Source: Candidatus Bathyarchaeia archaeon
Lineage (GTDB): Archaea; Thermoproteota; CALKCG01; B24; JAGTQN01
Reading direction: 5' to 3'
Length of the DNA stretch: 64,000 nt
NCBI GenBank assembly: GCA_038850515.1
Contig: JAWCLV010000001.1
Span: 7,155-71,154, forward strand
Part shown: positions 1 to 10,398 of the stretch, one piece after another
How positions within the stretch are numbered: position 1 is the stretch's first letter
Layout of the letters: each line of letters opens with the position of its first letter
Translations under genes and position numbers: made by a program
Notes under the pieces: model-generated
The model's input: the letters and a program-made list of their open reading frames with translations, nothing else
What the model was told of the DNA's origin: nothing
The model's database searches: none

Positions 1-1256
1 TTGGCTAGGTTCGGCACGTCGTAGCTAAGGGATGCCCTTTCATAGGTGCCATCTTTCAGAAAGATCTTTGTGGAAGGGAATTCATGCACGATCTTACCTC
101 TGAAATCTATGATCTTCACCCTCGCTTCAAGCTCCTCGGGCAGGACCTCCTCATCCGAAACTGCTTGTAGACTCAACTGCAGCGAGGAACCCGGCGCCAC
201 AACAGCTTTCCTTGAAACAATATCGAGACTAAGCCTCGTCCTATTCGTCGCTTCGATAGTCCAGTCCCTATGGTTTAAAGTCTTCCCATCATCTTCCAGA
301 ACCTCGAGCTTCGCTTCCAAAAAGCCAGAAAGGTTTGGCAGAGCTTCTGTGGCATAGGAAAAGTGTTGCTTAGCAGTACCTTCGATCGCGATGCTTCGTT
401 CTTCCTTTGCCAAGAGTTTGCCTTCCTTCTCAACGGAGAACCTAACCCGAAGTTTCGAAGGCTTTTCGCTGGAAAGTACAGCATCGGCGACAATTCTATC
501 CCCTAGGAAGATCCTACTTGGGGAGCATGTGAATTCCTTAATTAGGAGATTATCTTCTCGCCGCGATAGCCACATGAGAAGCTGCCTCAATAGGTCATCG
601 TAGAAGTCCGTTGCGAAGAAAAGCTCCTTTTCCATGAGCATCCTTCCCTTGCGGGGGAAGAGGGGGTAAGTCGACAGAACGGCTACCCTTCCTTTGCCGT
701 GATCCCAGACTGTGAGGAGGGGATAACCAGATGCCTTAAGGACAACTACGGCATCAGGCTTAGGTATCACTGGCTGAACGACCATCACCCTTCCAATTCT
801 GTCTTGGGGAATACCATAAGCGATGGGATGCTCCTTGGAAATCTCAACAAAGGCATCAACCTTAACCTCATCTTCCTTCTTTTCCAAAAAAACTGGAAAG
901 ATGGTTTTCAGGGCCTCGTAAGAGCCTATTGCGTTACCTAAGGCGTGGCGACCGCCTGTAACTAGAAGGCCGCCGCCGTTCTCGACATAGGCGACCAAGT
1001 TTAAAGATTCCTTAGGACTGAAGACGCCCGGATCTACATCCAGCAGAGAAACGATATTGTATTCTCCTAAACCTACATATCCCTGAACAGTTCTATCGAT
1101 TCTGGAAGGGATGGGATAGGTTAGGGGAAAATTAATGCCTTTGAAAAGGCTCACCCTCACCCGTGCATCTTTTCCTCCGATTGAGCGAACGGCCTCCTCG
1201 ACTCTGAAAAATCCATCATCAGAGGCTTTCACAACAAAAGCACGCATATTATTCAT
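1..1256 (-). CDS. ThuA/GATase1-like domain protein; C-terminus runs off the window start
   Basis: My own reverse-strand translation begins MNNMRAFVVKASDDGFF... and contains LVAYVENGGGLLVTGG, a glycine-rich nucleophile-elbow-like motif typical of ThuA/DUF1355 class I GATase-like folds. It is missing from the ORF track because no stop codon falls inside the window. The start may be the second ATG about 9 nt downstream. Confidence 0.5.
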   Translation of the reverse strand, partial: MNNMRAFVVKASDDGFFRVEEAVRSIGGKDARVRVSLFKGINFPLTYPIPSRIDRTVQGYVGLGEYNIVSLLDVDPGVFSPKESLNLVAYVENGGGLLVTGGRHALGNAIGSYEALKTIFPVFLEKKEDEVKVDAFVEISKEHPIAYGIPQDRIGRVMVVQPVIPKPDAVVVLKASGYPLLTVWDHGKGRVAVLSTYPLFPRKGRMLMEKELFFATDFYDDLLRQLLMWLSRREDNLLIKEFTCSPSRIFLGDRIVADAVLSSEKPSKLRVRFSVEKEGKLLAKEERSIAIEGTAKQHFSYATEALPNLSGFLEAKLEVLEDDGKTLNHRDWTIEATNRTRLSLDIVSRKAVVAPGSSLQLSLQAVSDEEVLPEELEARVKIIDFRGKIVHEFPSTKIFLKDGTYERASLSYDVPNLA

Positions 1257-1525
1257 ATCGGTTTGCCTCTATGTGCCCACTTATGTATGTTGTTGAGAGT
1301 TTTAAGCCTTAAGAAGGCTAACTATAACTCTAAAGAAGTCCCCAAACAGGTATGGTGAGGCGATGATGATCCAGTATGTATCTAAAAGTTCTTACTCTCT
1401 GATTATGCGATATTAATATCCATGAAGTGAATGAATTCTTCTACATAATCGATAATCGTGATCAAAAGTCATAGAAAGGCTTAAAATCCTGCCAAGAAAA
1501 ATACCCTGAAGAAAGGTGAAAAATT

Positions 1526-2764
1526 ATGCAAGAAAACGAATACGTGAGACTTGAGTTCACACTTACTAAGAAGATCAAGATCATAAGACTTTCTGAGTCA
1601 GGGTATGAGAATGGCCTCACCTATGGAAAATCTAGCCGTGAGTCTATTGTAAGCTTCCTTGATCTCTATGGAAAGATCGAAAACTGGAGGAGGTTTGCCA
1701 GGGAGATGTGGAAACTACCGCTAGAGGCAATTCGGACGCTAGATAAATGGACCCAAGAGGATCTTTATAGGCATGCTCAGCATGCCTACGAGAAGAGGAT
1801 CAATGCTGTCCCCGACCTAAACAAATACCCTGAGCTAAAGGGTATGAAAGAGTATATCCAAGATGAGATGAGGGGTATGGCCGAGGGCGCAGATCTATCC
1901 TTTCAAGACATAGTTTTTTATCGTTTCTGGTATGACGTCTATCAGCTCCTGAAAGGTCATGCAAAGTGGCTGGGTTGCGTGGCTCCAGGCTGTACGACCG
2001 TCATCTTTAGGAAGACGGACATTGGCCCTATCATAGGGCGGAATACAGACGATTCGATTGACTGGATACCAAAGATGAGCTACGAAGATTGTTTCCCGAC
2101 GATCGTCCTGAGACCTCCATCCCTAGGTTACAGTACTGGTCCCATCGGGAATGAGAAGGGACTCATCATGTGGGGAAGCAGTATCGATTATCCGGAGGAG
2201 GGAGAACCCGACGAACTTTTTCCCGTAGATGTAGGGGATCTTGTGATGCGGTACTGTGCGACCGTGGAAGAGGCGTTGGAGATATTTAAGCGATATAGTA
2301 TGTTCACGCGTCGTTGTTCTAACATAGCCCTTGTTGACGCCAAAGGAAACGCGGCCGTAGTCGAGAAGTCTTGGAGGCATATAGGCATTCTCAGACCAAA
2401 GGGCGATACGATCTTCACAACCGACGGGGTAGCTGTCCATCCCGAAACGAGAAGCCTCCTAGACAATTCGTCAGAGCAATACAAATTTCATTACCAAAGG
2501 TGGCTTAACCTCAGAAGGCTGACCGAGGACGAGAAACCCGAACTTACAGTCGATTCCATGTGGAAGATCCTTAGGGACCATACGTTTCCATCGCCTGTCT
2601 GCAAGCACTTGGACAGAATGCCTTCTTTCTACCGCTTAGTAACTCTCTTTAGCGGTGTATATGTCCCTGGAGAGAAAAGGTATATGATCGCCCTGGCGGA
2701 GCCAGGCCCAACCTATCCCTGCAAGATAGAGCCGGCCGAGTTCCGCTACGAGACTCCTTGGTAG
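1526..2764 (+). CDS. C45 family autoproteolytic Ntn-hydrolase/acyltransferase (acyl-CoA:6-APA acyltransferase-like)
   Basis: 412 aa with WLGCVAPGCTTVIF, a Gly-Cys-Thr nucleophile context like C45/isopenicillin-N acyltransferase family self-cleavage sites. An AT-rich promoter region lies upstream at 1257-1525. Confidence 0.55.
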   Translation: MQENEYVRLEFTLTKKIKIIRLSESGYENGLTYGKSSRESIVSFLDLYGKIENWRRFAREMWKLPLEAIRTLDKWTQEDLYRHAQHAYEKRINAVPDLNKYPELKGMKEYIQDEMRGMAEGADLSFQDIVFYRFWYDVYQLLKGHAKWLGCVAPGCTTVIFRKTDIGPIIGRNTDDSIDWIPKMSYEDCFPTIVLRPPSLGYSTGPIGNEKGLIMWGSSIDYPEEGEPDELFPVDVGDLVMRYCATVEEALEIFKRYSMFTRRCSNIALVDAKGNAAVVEKSWRHIGILRPKGDTIFTTDGVAVHPETRSLLDNSSEQYKFHYQRWLNLRRLTEDEKPELTVDSMWKILRDHTFPSPVCKHLDRMPSFYRLVTLFSGVYVPGEKRYMIALAEPGPTYPCKIEPAEFRYETPW

Positions 2765-2804
2765 TAACCCTGTCCAATCTCTAGAATCTGGAAATTATGA
2801 TTCG

Positions 2805-4814
2805 ATGGAGTTGATGCGATTGAAAAGGATTATGGTCTCAAGAACCTGGAAAGGATGCGCGGACTTTGATGAAGCCCTCAGGGACTATAAAATTGATCTA
2901 ACGAATTCTGGAACCTTGAAATTGAGGAGACGAATCCTTCTTGCCGATGAAATCGGTAGAATCGGTAGAAAAACCAAGGAGCAAGTCCAAGGAGAGGTTT
3001 GGATTAAGAAAGAGTTCTTAATAGAAAACCCGAATGTCTTCTCTGCAGAGGTTATTCCCTTCGTAAGCGCTAGGGAAGAGGAGCCACTCATTTTAGAGGT
3101 TAACGGACGAGAAGCCGCGACCTACAGGTTTAGGAGAGAATGGTTCAATTATGATACGCAGTGGACGGAGATTCCTTTTCCAATCGAATATTTAAGGAGG
3201 GGTCTGAACGAGTTCGTCTTCCACTCCGAGGGAAGTCTTGGCTACACGTTCTGGATCGAAAATTCAAGACAGCCGAATAGAAGCGCGAAGAGCGTCGATG
3301 GCGGCAAAACTTGGAACTACGATAACATTGGAATAAACAACTCCTGCGATGGAGAATACTTGATAAGGCTTAAGCTCGAAGGGTATCCATCCAAGGGATA
3401 CGTTACCTCTCCCTTCATCGATGTAGCCTCCCTAGCAACGTCAGGTCCCATAGTGCCCAAGGTTTGCCTAGAAAGTCTGTGGATAAACTACGAGGGTATT
3501 GAACCTGAAGGGACAGCAATCGAGGTTGAGGCGAGGATCGGTTCTACGCCCTCCTACTCGCCAAAAACATGGACGCATTGGATGCCTCCCGAAGCTTTGA
3601 CGAAAAGCCCCCATTTCAGAGACCCCTCCTACCATTATCTACAGTGGAGGGTTGCCCTGACCACAGGCGATCCGAGGGCTACACCCGAGCTCTACAGCCT
3701 CACTCTTTCGGCTGAGCTTTCCGTGGAAGAAAGCCTCGATGAGGAAAGAATAAAGATAAGAGAGTTCAGAAACGAGAAGATCGTTCGAAGCTCCTATTCC
3801 TTCGCCTACCAGCCTTATGATGAGCCAAGGCTGAAAATTCTTAGAGAACGATACCAGCTAGACTGGGTGGTGAAAGGGGCTAAGACAGAGTTTGAGAAGT
3901 TCCTGAGACTTGCAGATTGGGTAAGGAGTCAATGGGAAGATGGTTGGAAGTCAGCCATCAACTGGGGTGGAAGATTCGGTTATATAGACTATAATCCCCC
4001 TCCTGATGGGCTTCTTATACTGGAATTGGACAGGAGGAAGCTAGCCCTAGGCATGTGCACCCATTATAGTGCGGCCTTCGTCCAGTGTTGCTTAGCCGTA
4101 GGGTTGCAAGCCCGTAGAATGCTCGCCGTCCATGCGACAGCTGAGGTCTGGTCCAACGAGTACAAGAAATGGATCCTCATAGACATGTCTGGGGATCCTG
4201 ATGACAGACGAAAATGCACCTACCATTTCGAAAGGAACGGTATTCCTATGAGCGGCCTTGAAGCCTATAAAGCTGCCTTGGACAAGAACTATGAAGGAAT
4301 CAAGCTTGTTTCCGATCGCCCAGCCTGGACCGCGCAGGAAAGGCTTGATATGATGTGGAATGGATATGGTATCATGGATATGAGGAACGATCATTTAAGC
4401 TCCCTTGAACCCTGCGAGGCGGATGGCGAGGGGCTTTTGCCTTGGAACTATGATGGATGGCTTATGTACGAGAGTGAAAAGGTCTCAAGGTGGGAAAGGG
4501 CGGAAGGAGTCCCGAGTAAACCCTTCCCTTGGTTCACAAAATATTCTTCAAGGGATGCGGACTTCGAATGGACTTTAAACCAAGCAGAATTGCACCTTCA
4601 GTATGCAGAGCCAGGAAAGCTTAAGATACAAATCGATACAGTCACCCCGAACTTTGACAAGTTCTTAGTGAAGGTCGATGAAGAAGAATGGGTGGAAATG
4701 CCTTCTTGTTTCCTTTGGAACCTCCGCAAGGGTATTAATACGCTCCAAGCTAAGCCTGTGAACAAGTTCGGGCTAGAAGGCATCGTAAGCAAGATCTCTT
4801 TAGAGTATTCGTAG
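2805..4814 (+). CDS. Transglutaminase-like (papain-fold Cys-His-Asp) domain protein with large N-terminal domain
   Basis: 669 aa. Core GMCTHYSAAFVQCCLAVGLQARRMLAVHATAEVWSNEYKKWILIDMSGD matches the transglutaminase-like catalytic triad order (Cys in G-x-C, His in VHA, Asp in IDMS). It starts 40 nt after the C45 gene, so the two are probably co-transcribed. Confidence 0.65.
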   Translation: MELMRLKRIMVSRTWKGCADFDEALRDYKIDLTNSGTLKLRRRILLADEIGRIGRKTKEQVQGEVWIKKEFLIENPNVFSAEVIPFVSAREEEPLILEVNGREAATYRFRREWFNYDTQWTEIPFPIEYLRRGLNEFVFHSEGSLGYTFWIENSRQPNRSAKSVDGGKTWNYDNIGINNSCDGEYLIRLKLEGYPSKGYVTSPFIDVASLATSGPIVPKVCLESLWINYEGIEPEGTAIEVEARIGSTPSYSPKTWTHWMPPEALTKSPHFRDPSYHYLQWRVALTTGDPRATPELYSLTLSAELSVEESLDEERIKIREFRNEKIVRSSYSFAYQPYDEPRLKILRERYQLDWVVKGAKTEFEKFLRLADWVRSQWEDGWKSAINWGGRFGYIDYNPPPDGLLILELDRRKLALGMCTHYSAAFVQCCLAVGLQARRMLAVHATAEVWSNEYKKWILIDMSGDPDDRRKCTYHFERNGIPMSGLEAYKAALDKNYEGIKLVSDRPAWTAQERLDMMWNGYGIMDMRNDHLSSLEPCEADGEGLLPWNYDGWLMYESEKVSRWERAEGVPSKPFPWFTKYSSRDADFEWTLNQAELHLQYAEPGKLKIQIDTVTPNFDKFLVKVDEEEWVEMPSCFLWNLRKGINTLQAKPVNKFGLEGIVSKISLEYS

Positions 4815-4967
4815 TTTTCAAATTCTTCGCTGAGGACGTTTCATATAAGAGCAGTCCTTCAGTCTAGATAGGGAAGATCATAGGTTGTATGATTTTTATA
4901 TTAATCCACAAGGCAGGGAAACATTTTAAAGTCTTCGTCGAACGCTGGTGGCTAGGTTGCATGCATT

Positions 4968-7646
4968 TTGAATTTAAGCATCAACTGGAGAGATCCTATG
5001 TTAGAGCATGGGGGGATGCCTATCATGGGCAGGAGAATTGCTATAGAATGGAAGGATAGCAAACCGATAGGCCGAATAGAAGTAGTTAATGGTAGACTGG
5101 AGGAGGCGCTCATTAAGAAGGGTAAAGGTGAAGTCGTAGGCGAAGAATTCGCTTTCACATCCCATGGATCTTGCAGGCTGGAGCTTACTGTTGGTGAGTC
5201 TGGTTGCAGTTTGGGATCAGAGGCAACCTTAGTTACTGTTCGCACAGCCATCAATCCATTCTGCTTCTTTCTCAGAGATGTCAGTAAGGAGTATCCCATC
5301 ATCCTTCCAGAATACGGGATAGTTGTGACTGAAGCAGATGATGAACGTTCCTATGAGCAGATCGCTGAAGAGATTTGTAGTCTCGGACTACAAACGAAAC
5401 TTCAGCGTATAGAAAGCGAGCCGGAAGAAAGTTACGCATCGGCTGCGGCAAACACTCGAGAACTCCATTGCCCAACTTGGCTGGGACTTAGTAGGGACAT
5501 TCGGATCTTCGAGTTTAGTTTTCGGAGTGGCCAGGAAGTTTGGGATTGGATTCAGCCACGATTCCATGGCTACCCAGTTCCACTTCCAGAGGCTGATAAC
5601 AATCCTGTCCGATACAACTTTTTTATCGGCCGTGGAATAGGCTGTGCCGAAAGGATGTTTCGGCGTCTGGAAGAAGGTGTGCTACCGATTCTACACGGAG
5701 TGCTTGTCGACGATGATGTAATCTATAACTCCACTGTATTTGTCACGCTTGAATCAACCAAGCTTACAACTAAGTCGCTACGAGGCACACACTTCTTGGT
5801 TGCTGACGGCTACGGATACGGCCATATTTTCACGAAGGAGCAAGAACGAGAATTCCAATCGCTTCTGCCTGAAGAGATGAACCGCGAAGAAGAGACCGTG
5901 CTCTGCTTTAGAACCGAAGCGGTGAATGCTGCTCATGTACCTCGCTATGCATGGTTTAAAAATGTTTTTCCAAGTTCAAAAAAGGCTTTGAGATGGTCGT
6001 ATGATGGAAAGAACGGATTCGGGGTTTTTGAAAGTGGACAGGTCTTTTGCATCTCAAAATTAAACGGGAAACCAATGCCTCAGGAGGAGATAGCTATTCT
6101 GCTTAAACCAGGCGAAACAGCCTCATTCGAGTTCTTTCTTCCCCATCGTCCCATATCCAGAGAACGGGCTAAGCAACTGAGTGGGCGAGACTTTACGGTA
6201 CTTCACGCGGAATGCCGCGAATTTTGGAAAGAGAAGCTAGAGTCCGCTGCAAAGGTGAAACTACCTGAAAAACGGATTGAAGAGATGATTCAGGCGGGTT
6301 TGCTTCATTTAGATCTCGTTGCATACGGTCTTGAACCATTCGGCACCGTTGCGACTACGATTGGGATATACTGTCCGATCGGCTCAGAGAGCTCACCAAT
6401 CATTCAGTTCATGGACTCCATGGGTTGGCATAGTCTGGCTAGGCGTTCTTTGACGTATTTTCTTGATAAGCAGCATGAAGACGGATTTATACAAAACTTC
6501 GATGGATACATGCTGGAAACGGGGGCAGCATTATGGAGTATGGGTGAGCATTATCGATACACACATGACGACGACTGGGTTCAACAGATCAAACCGAAAC
6601 TGCTGAAGGCTTGTGAGTATCTTTTAGAATGGCGCAACCGTAACAAAAGGGAGGAGTTACGCGGCAAAGGCTATGGCATGATCGAAGGAAAAGTTGCCGA
6701 TCCACAAGACCCCTACCACCAGTTTATGCTGAACGGATACGCGTATCTTGGTTTAAGCCGTGCTGCGGAGATGCTCTCTAAAGTGGATCCTGCTCAATCA
6801 GAGAGGCTTGCCAGAGAGGCTGAATATTGGAAAAAGGATATTCGTGAGGCTTTGTTTAAGGCTGTGGCAAATTCACCAGTTGTTCCGCTTAGTGACGGAA
6901 CATGGTGCCCAACCGCTCCACCTTGGGCGGAAGCGCATGGTCCCGTCTCGCTCTACGCGGAAAAAGGCAGATGGTTTACCCACCTTACTTTCTTAGCTAG
7001 AGACTCTTTGCTTGGGCCACTTCACCTTATTTTTCACGAAGTCGTAGATCCCAATGAACAAATCGCTGATTTCCTTGTGAGCTACTATACGGATTTGATG
7101 CATATACGTAATGTGGCTTTCAGTCAACCTTATTATAGCTGTCACCCTCAGGTTCATCTTCGGCGGGGGGAGATTAAGCCGTTTCTTAAGGCTTACTATA
7201 ACGGTTTCGCAAGCCTAGCTGACCGAGAGACCTACACTTTTTGGGAACATTATCCGGGTGTTGGAAGCCCCCACAAAACACATGAAGAAGGCTGGTTCCT
7301 CATGCAGACACGATGGATGCTCTGGATGGAGCAAGGTCAAACACTTAAGCTGCTCCTAGGGATTCCCAGATCTTGGATGGAAAACGGCACATCTATAGAA
7401 CTAAATAGAGTTGCCAGCTATTTTGGAGAGGTATCGTTGAAGGTAGAATCTAAACTGGAACAACGCAGGATTGAAGCGAAGGTGGAATGCCTCTCGGACA
7501 GGAAGCCGAAATGCTTAGAACTTCGTCTGCCTCATCCACAAGGCAGAAAGGCAATCAAAGTGAAAGGCGGTGTTTACGATGCTAATACCGAGACGGTTAG
7601 GATTGAGCCATTTCACGGTTATGCAGAGGTCTTACTTGAATTCTAA
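4968..7646 (+). CDS. Large hypothetical protein; C-terminal half possibly an (alpha/alpha)6-barrel glycoside-hydrolase-like fold
   Basis: 892 aa in a long clean ORF with no TM segments. Repetitive aromatic-rich helical segments (LLHLDLVAYGLEPFG..., WSMGEHYRYTHDDDW..., FMLNGYAYLGLSRAAEML) suggest a six-hairpin fold. The fold call is weak. The true start may be the internal Met at MPIMGRR. Confidence 0.45.
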   Translation: MNLSINWRDPMLEHGGMPIMGRRIAIEWKDSKPIGRIEVVNGRLEEALIKKGKGEVVGEEFAFTSHGSCRLELTVGESGCSLGSEATLVTVRTAINPFCFFLRDVSKEYPIILPEYGIVVTEADDERSYEQIAEEICSLGLQTKLQRIESEPEESYASAAANTRELHCPTWLGLSRDIRIFEFSFRSGQEVWDWIQPRFHGYPVPLPEADNNPVRYNFFIGRGIGCAERMFRRLEEGVLPILHGVLVDDDVIYNSTVFVTLESTKLTTKSLRGTHFLVADGYGYGHIFTKEQEREFQSLLPEEMNREEETVLCFRTEAVNAAHVPRYAWFKNVFPSSKKALRWSYDGKNGFGVFESGQVFCISKLNGKPMPQEEIAILLKPGETASFEFFLPHRPISRERAKQLSGRDFTVLHAECREFWKEKLESAAKVKLPEKRIEEMIQAGLLHLDLVAYGLEPFGTVATTIGIYCPIGSESSPIIQFMDSMGWHSLARRSLTYFLDKQHEDGFIQNFDGYMLETGAALWSMGEHYRYTHDDDWVQQIKPKLLKACEYLLEWRNRNKREELRGKGYGMIEGKVADPQDPYHQFMLNGYAYLGLSRAAEMLSKVDPAQSERLAREAEYWKKDIREALFKAVANSPVVPLSDGTWCPTAPPWAEAHGPVSLYAEKGRWFTHLTFLARDSLLGPLHLIFHEVVDPNEQIADFLVSYYTDLMHIRNVAFSQPYYSCHPQVHLRRGEIKPFLKAYYNGFASLADRETYTFWEHYPGVGSPHKTHEEGWFLMQTRWMLWMEQGQTLKLLLGIPRSWMENGTSIELNRVASYFGEVSLKVESKLEQRRIEAKVECLSDRKPKCLELRLPHPQGRKAIKVKGGVYDANTETVRIEPFHGYAEVLLEF

Positions 7647-7865
7647 AAAAGGATGCCCGCCTTTAGGAAATATCTATCCGTCATGTAAAAACTTGTGCTT
7701 TGTGGACTAATTCTTGTGGTTTTGCTATCTCTTTTTCTCAATAGCATACCGCTAATGTTAAAGAGGTTTATGAATAAACTTATTCTACAGTTTAAGGTTA
7801 CAGCATCGTTATGTAAACCGCAAAACTTTTAAGGTTATATATTATTTAACTTTATGTGATGAAAA

Positions 7866-9851
7866 ATGGGAGAAGCTATAACGAGAGGACTGACGCCTCG
7901 AGCCACAGCGATTGGAATGGCTTTGGCGGTCATTTTTACGGTTTACTGGACTCTTGAAACTATGAACACCACATACGGCGTTTGGGGACATAGCTTTGCT
8001 GGATCAGACTTCGGTTTCTGGGCACCTAAAGGTGGTTTCGGTCAATGGACCTATAATTTACAAGCGTTTCTACCGTTTTTTTTCGTCGCAGCAATTATAG
8101 CAGTTCTTCCGCGAAGGTATAGACTTAGCCCCCATGAAGCCCTTATTGTACTCACGATGTCCTTTGCACCAGCCTTTACGGCCACTTACTTAGCAATGGG
8201 GGGCCCACAGTTCTGGATCTGGGCTGCTATGACGCGGGGTGGTGGACCGCAGCTGAAGCCCTTCCTTAACCCGTTGCTTTACTCACCAGCAACTGTTGTC
8301 ATATCCTCTCTTGCAATGATCTTCGCGGTCTTCACCTTGAATCTCGCCGCCATGCTTTGGAAGAGCCAATGGATAGATGTTGAAAAGCTTTCCTTTCCAA
8401 TGGCTCACATACCCTTAGCGATGATCGACCGACCTGTATCGGAGAAAGAGAGGCCTAGGATCCTCAACAAGTTCTTCTGGATTGGGTTAATAATCGGAGT
8501 CGTCTATACCATTCCGCCCACGCTTTGGAACCTTCAAATCATCCCTACAATCCCCAACTGGGATGTTAATACCCAGATATACCCGCCATTACCGAATGCG
8601 GGCTTCTATCCAGGATATAATCTTATCGTGATATCCCTCCTATTCCTTGTGCCTCAAGATATCTTAATGACTATGTTTCTCTCTTACTTCATTATGAGAA
8701 TTCTCATTCCGCCTATAGGCGTATGGGTTCTTGGTTGGCCGGATGTCTCTAGTCAGGGTCGAGGTGCACTCCTTTGGTACGCTCCGCTTTCACATTACTA
8801 TGGACAGTTTTCTGCATATTGGGGACTCTTCTCGCTGGGTGTATGGATGCTAGTCTTTGGTTGGAGGAATGTCATTAACATAGTTAGGGCCGCTTTAAGC
8901 AAGCCTTCCGCTGAGAAAGCTGCAGAGGAGATCCGGCTACAGGGCTTCACGACGAGGACGTTGCTACTCATGTTTGTAGTTTCCCTTTTGCTACAATGGC
9001 TGATACCTGTAGCTTTCGGGGCTAGTCCCGAATTTATGCTCATAAACATCATCCTAAACCTCATTCTGTTCCTTGGGATCGTTCGCATGCTTCTTGAAAC
9101 AGGTTTCGCCTTCACAACGACCTTCCTGTGGTATTACCCAGCCAATGAGCTGTTCTGGGGTAGTAATGGCTTTATCGATGCCTACGCCAACTTAAGCCAG
9201 AAACCTGGAATGCTTAATGAGATGCTCTGGAGTGGCTTTTATACGGCCTCGTATGCGCAGGACAACAACTCCATAGCCACGCTTATTGCTTGTAGGGTTG
9301 CAACGGATACTGGCACGAATATGAGAGATGTCATCGTAGCCTCGCTCAGTGCTCTCGCTGTCTCAATCTTCGTCGGCTTCTCGATAGCGTACTGGAGCAC
9401 GATGACCCAAGGATACACAAACTGGCCTTGGACGGCTTTAGGTCCTCAGGAAGCTGCGGCGATGGTGAAGAGCGGAAGTGGGCTTGCGAACTGGATGCCT
9501 CATGGTCCTGGGTGGGGCTCAACCGACTGGTCTACAGCAGCACTTGCATTCCTACTACCTGGCATCATGTGGTTCCTTAGAACCCGTTTTGCTTGGTGGC
9601 CGTTCCATCCGATCGGCATCATTACTGGTTTTTCGGCTGAGTATAACTACACTGGAATTTGGTTCATGGCGATAATCGTCTGGCTTGCCAAGTTCGCTAT
9701 GCTCAAGACCGGAGGAACAAAACTCTACGAAAAGTACTTACCTCTTTTCATAGGCATAGCCATGGGTGGTGCGCTAATGTCATTCGTGTTTATGGCTGCT
9801 TATGTAGTACCAAGGTGGTTCAAGACTCCAGGCGTTACTGTAGAGTTCTAA
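7866..9851 (+). CDS. Polytopic integral membrane protein (putative transporter, OPT-like guess), paralog A
   Basis: 661 aa and hydrophobic throughout, with more than 12 predicted TM helices. It shares GLTxR near the N-terminus and a C-terminal ...PIGIITGFSAE.../...LKTGGTKLYEKYLPLFIGIAMGGALMS block with the 11569-13515 protein. Confidence 0.6.
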   Translation: MGEAITRGLTPRATAIGMALAVIFTVYWTLETMNTTYGVWGHSFAGSDFGFWAPKGGFGQWTYNLQAFLPFFFVAAIIAVLPRRYRLSPHEALIVLTMSFAPAFTATYLAMGGPQFWIWAAMTRGGGPQLKPFLNPLLYSPATVVISSLAMIFAVFTLNLAAMLWKSQWIDVEKLSFPMAHIPLAMIDRPVSEKERPRILNKFFWIGLIIGVVYTIPPTLWNLQIIPTIPNWDVNTQIYPPLPNAGFYPGYNLIVISLLFLVPQDILMTMFLSYFIMRILIPPIGVWVLGWPDVSSQGRGALLWYAPLSHYYGQFSAYWGLFSLGVWMLVFGWRNVINIVRAALSKPSAEKAAEEIRLQGFTTRTLLLMFVVSLLLQWLIPVAFGASPEFMLINIILNLILFLGIVRMLLETGFAFTTTFLWYYPANELFWGSNGFIDAYANLSQKPGMLNEMLWSGFYTASYAQDNNSIATLIACRVATDTGTNMRDVIVASLSALAVSIFVGFSIAYWSTMTQGYTNWPWTALGPQEAAAMVKSGSGLANWMPHGPGWGSTDWSTAALAFLLPGIMWFLRTRFAWWPFHPIGIITGFSAEYNYTGIWFMAIIVWLAKFAMLKTGGTKLYEKYLPLFIGIAMGGALMSFVFMAAYVVPRWFKTPGVTVEF

Positions 9852-10398
9852 AAGTTGATATATCTACCTCTCTTTTCTTTTTTAATGCTTTGTGGCTTAA
9901 TTATTTCTTGTTTGAGTCTTGCCTCTGGTTTCATAGTTTCTTTTTGCTTTGTTCTTATAGGTTTATTAGCATATGTATTTTGGCTACTAATACCTTCTCT
10001 ATGTTCTCTACTGTTTTACCCATCAGTATTTTTAATTTCGTTCGTTAAATAATATGAATTACGCTCTAAATAGAAACTAAATCCTAAGCGAGGCAGTCAA
10101 GCGAAGGCTTTAGGACTTCTTTCTTTAGGTCTATCCTATACTTTCCTTGTAAATGCCATAAGCCATTAAGGCATACAAAGACATAGATTGAAGTCTGGAT
10201 GGGCACTACAACCATGTAGGGATCGTACGGCTCTGAGGAAGGCTTTATGCGAACCTTCAGAATCCGAGCCCTTACTATGCTAAGCCTCGAGTGGAGGAGG
10301 TGATCTGGAAGGCTTAAGGTTACAACACTCCCCATAAAGCACAATACTTATAGACATAAATCCCATAACCTCTCAGCCAAGTAAGGGGAGTTAAATTC

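Noticed and set aside
2123-2484. Antisense ORFs (105 and 98 aa) inside the C45 gene, and similar shadow ORFs inside many large genes (e.g. 8798-9115, 16335-16568, 25688-26248, 53246-53726, 62957-63313, 63361-63894)
   Set aside because: They are fully embedded in longer ORFs that carry clear family motifs on the opposite strand or in another frame. The products are low-complexity or Ser/Arg-rich, typical of non-coding frames.
9659-10052. Hydrophobic small ORFs (129 and 65 aa) in the AT-rich stretch after the first transporter gene
   Set aside because: They are encoded by low-complexity TTT/CTT-rich DNA. The apparent TM character is a composition artefact.
10084-10398. Possible RNase P or SRP RNA in the GC-normal intergenic segment
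   Set aside because: I could not find the universally conserved P4 (GGAAAGUCC) or SRP helix-8 motifs on either strand.
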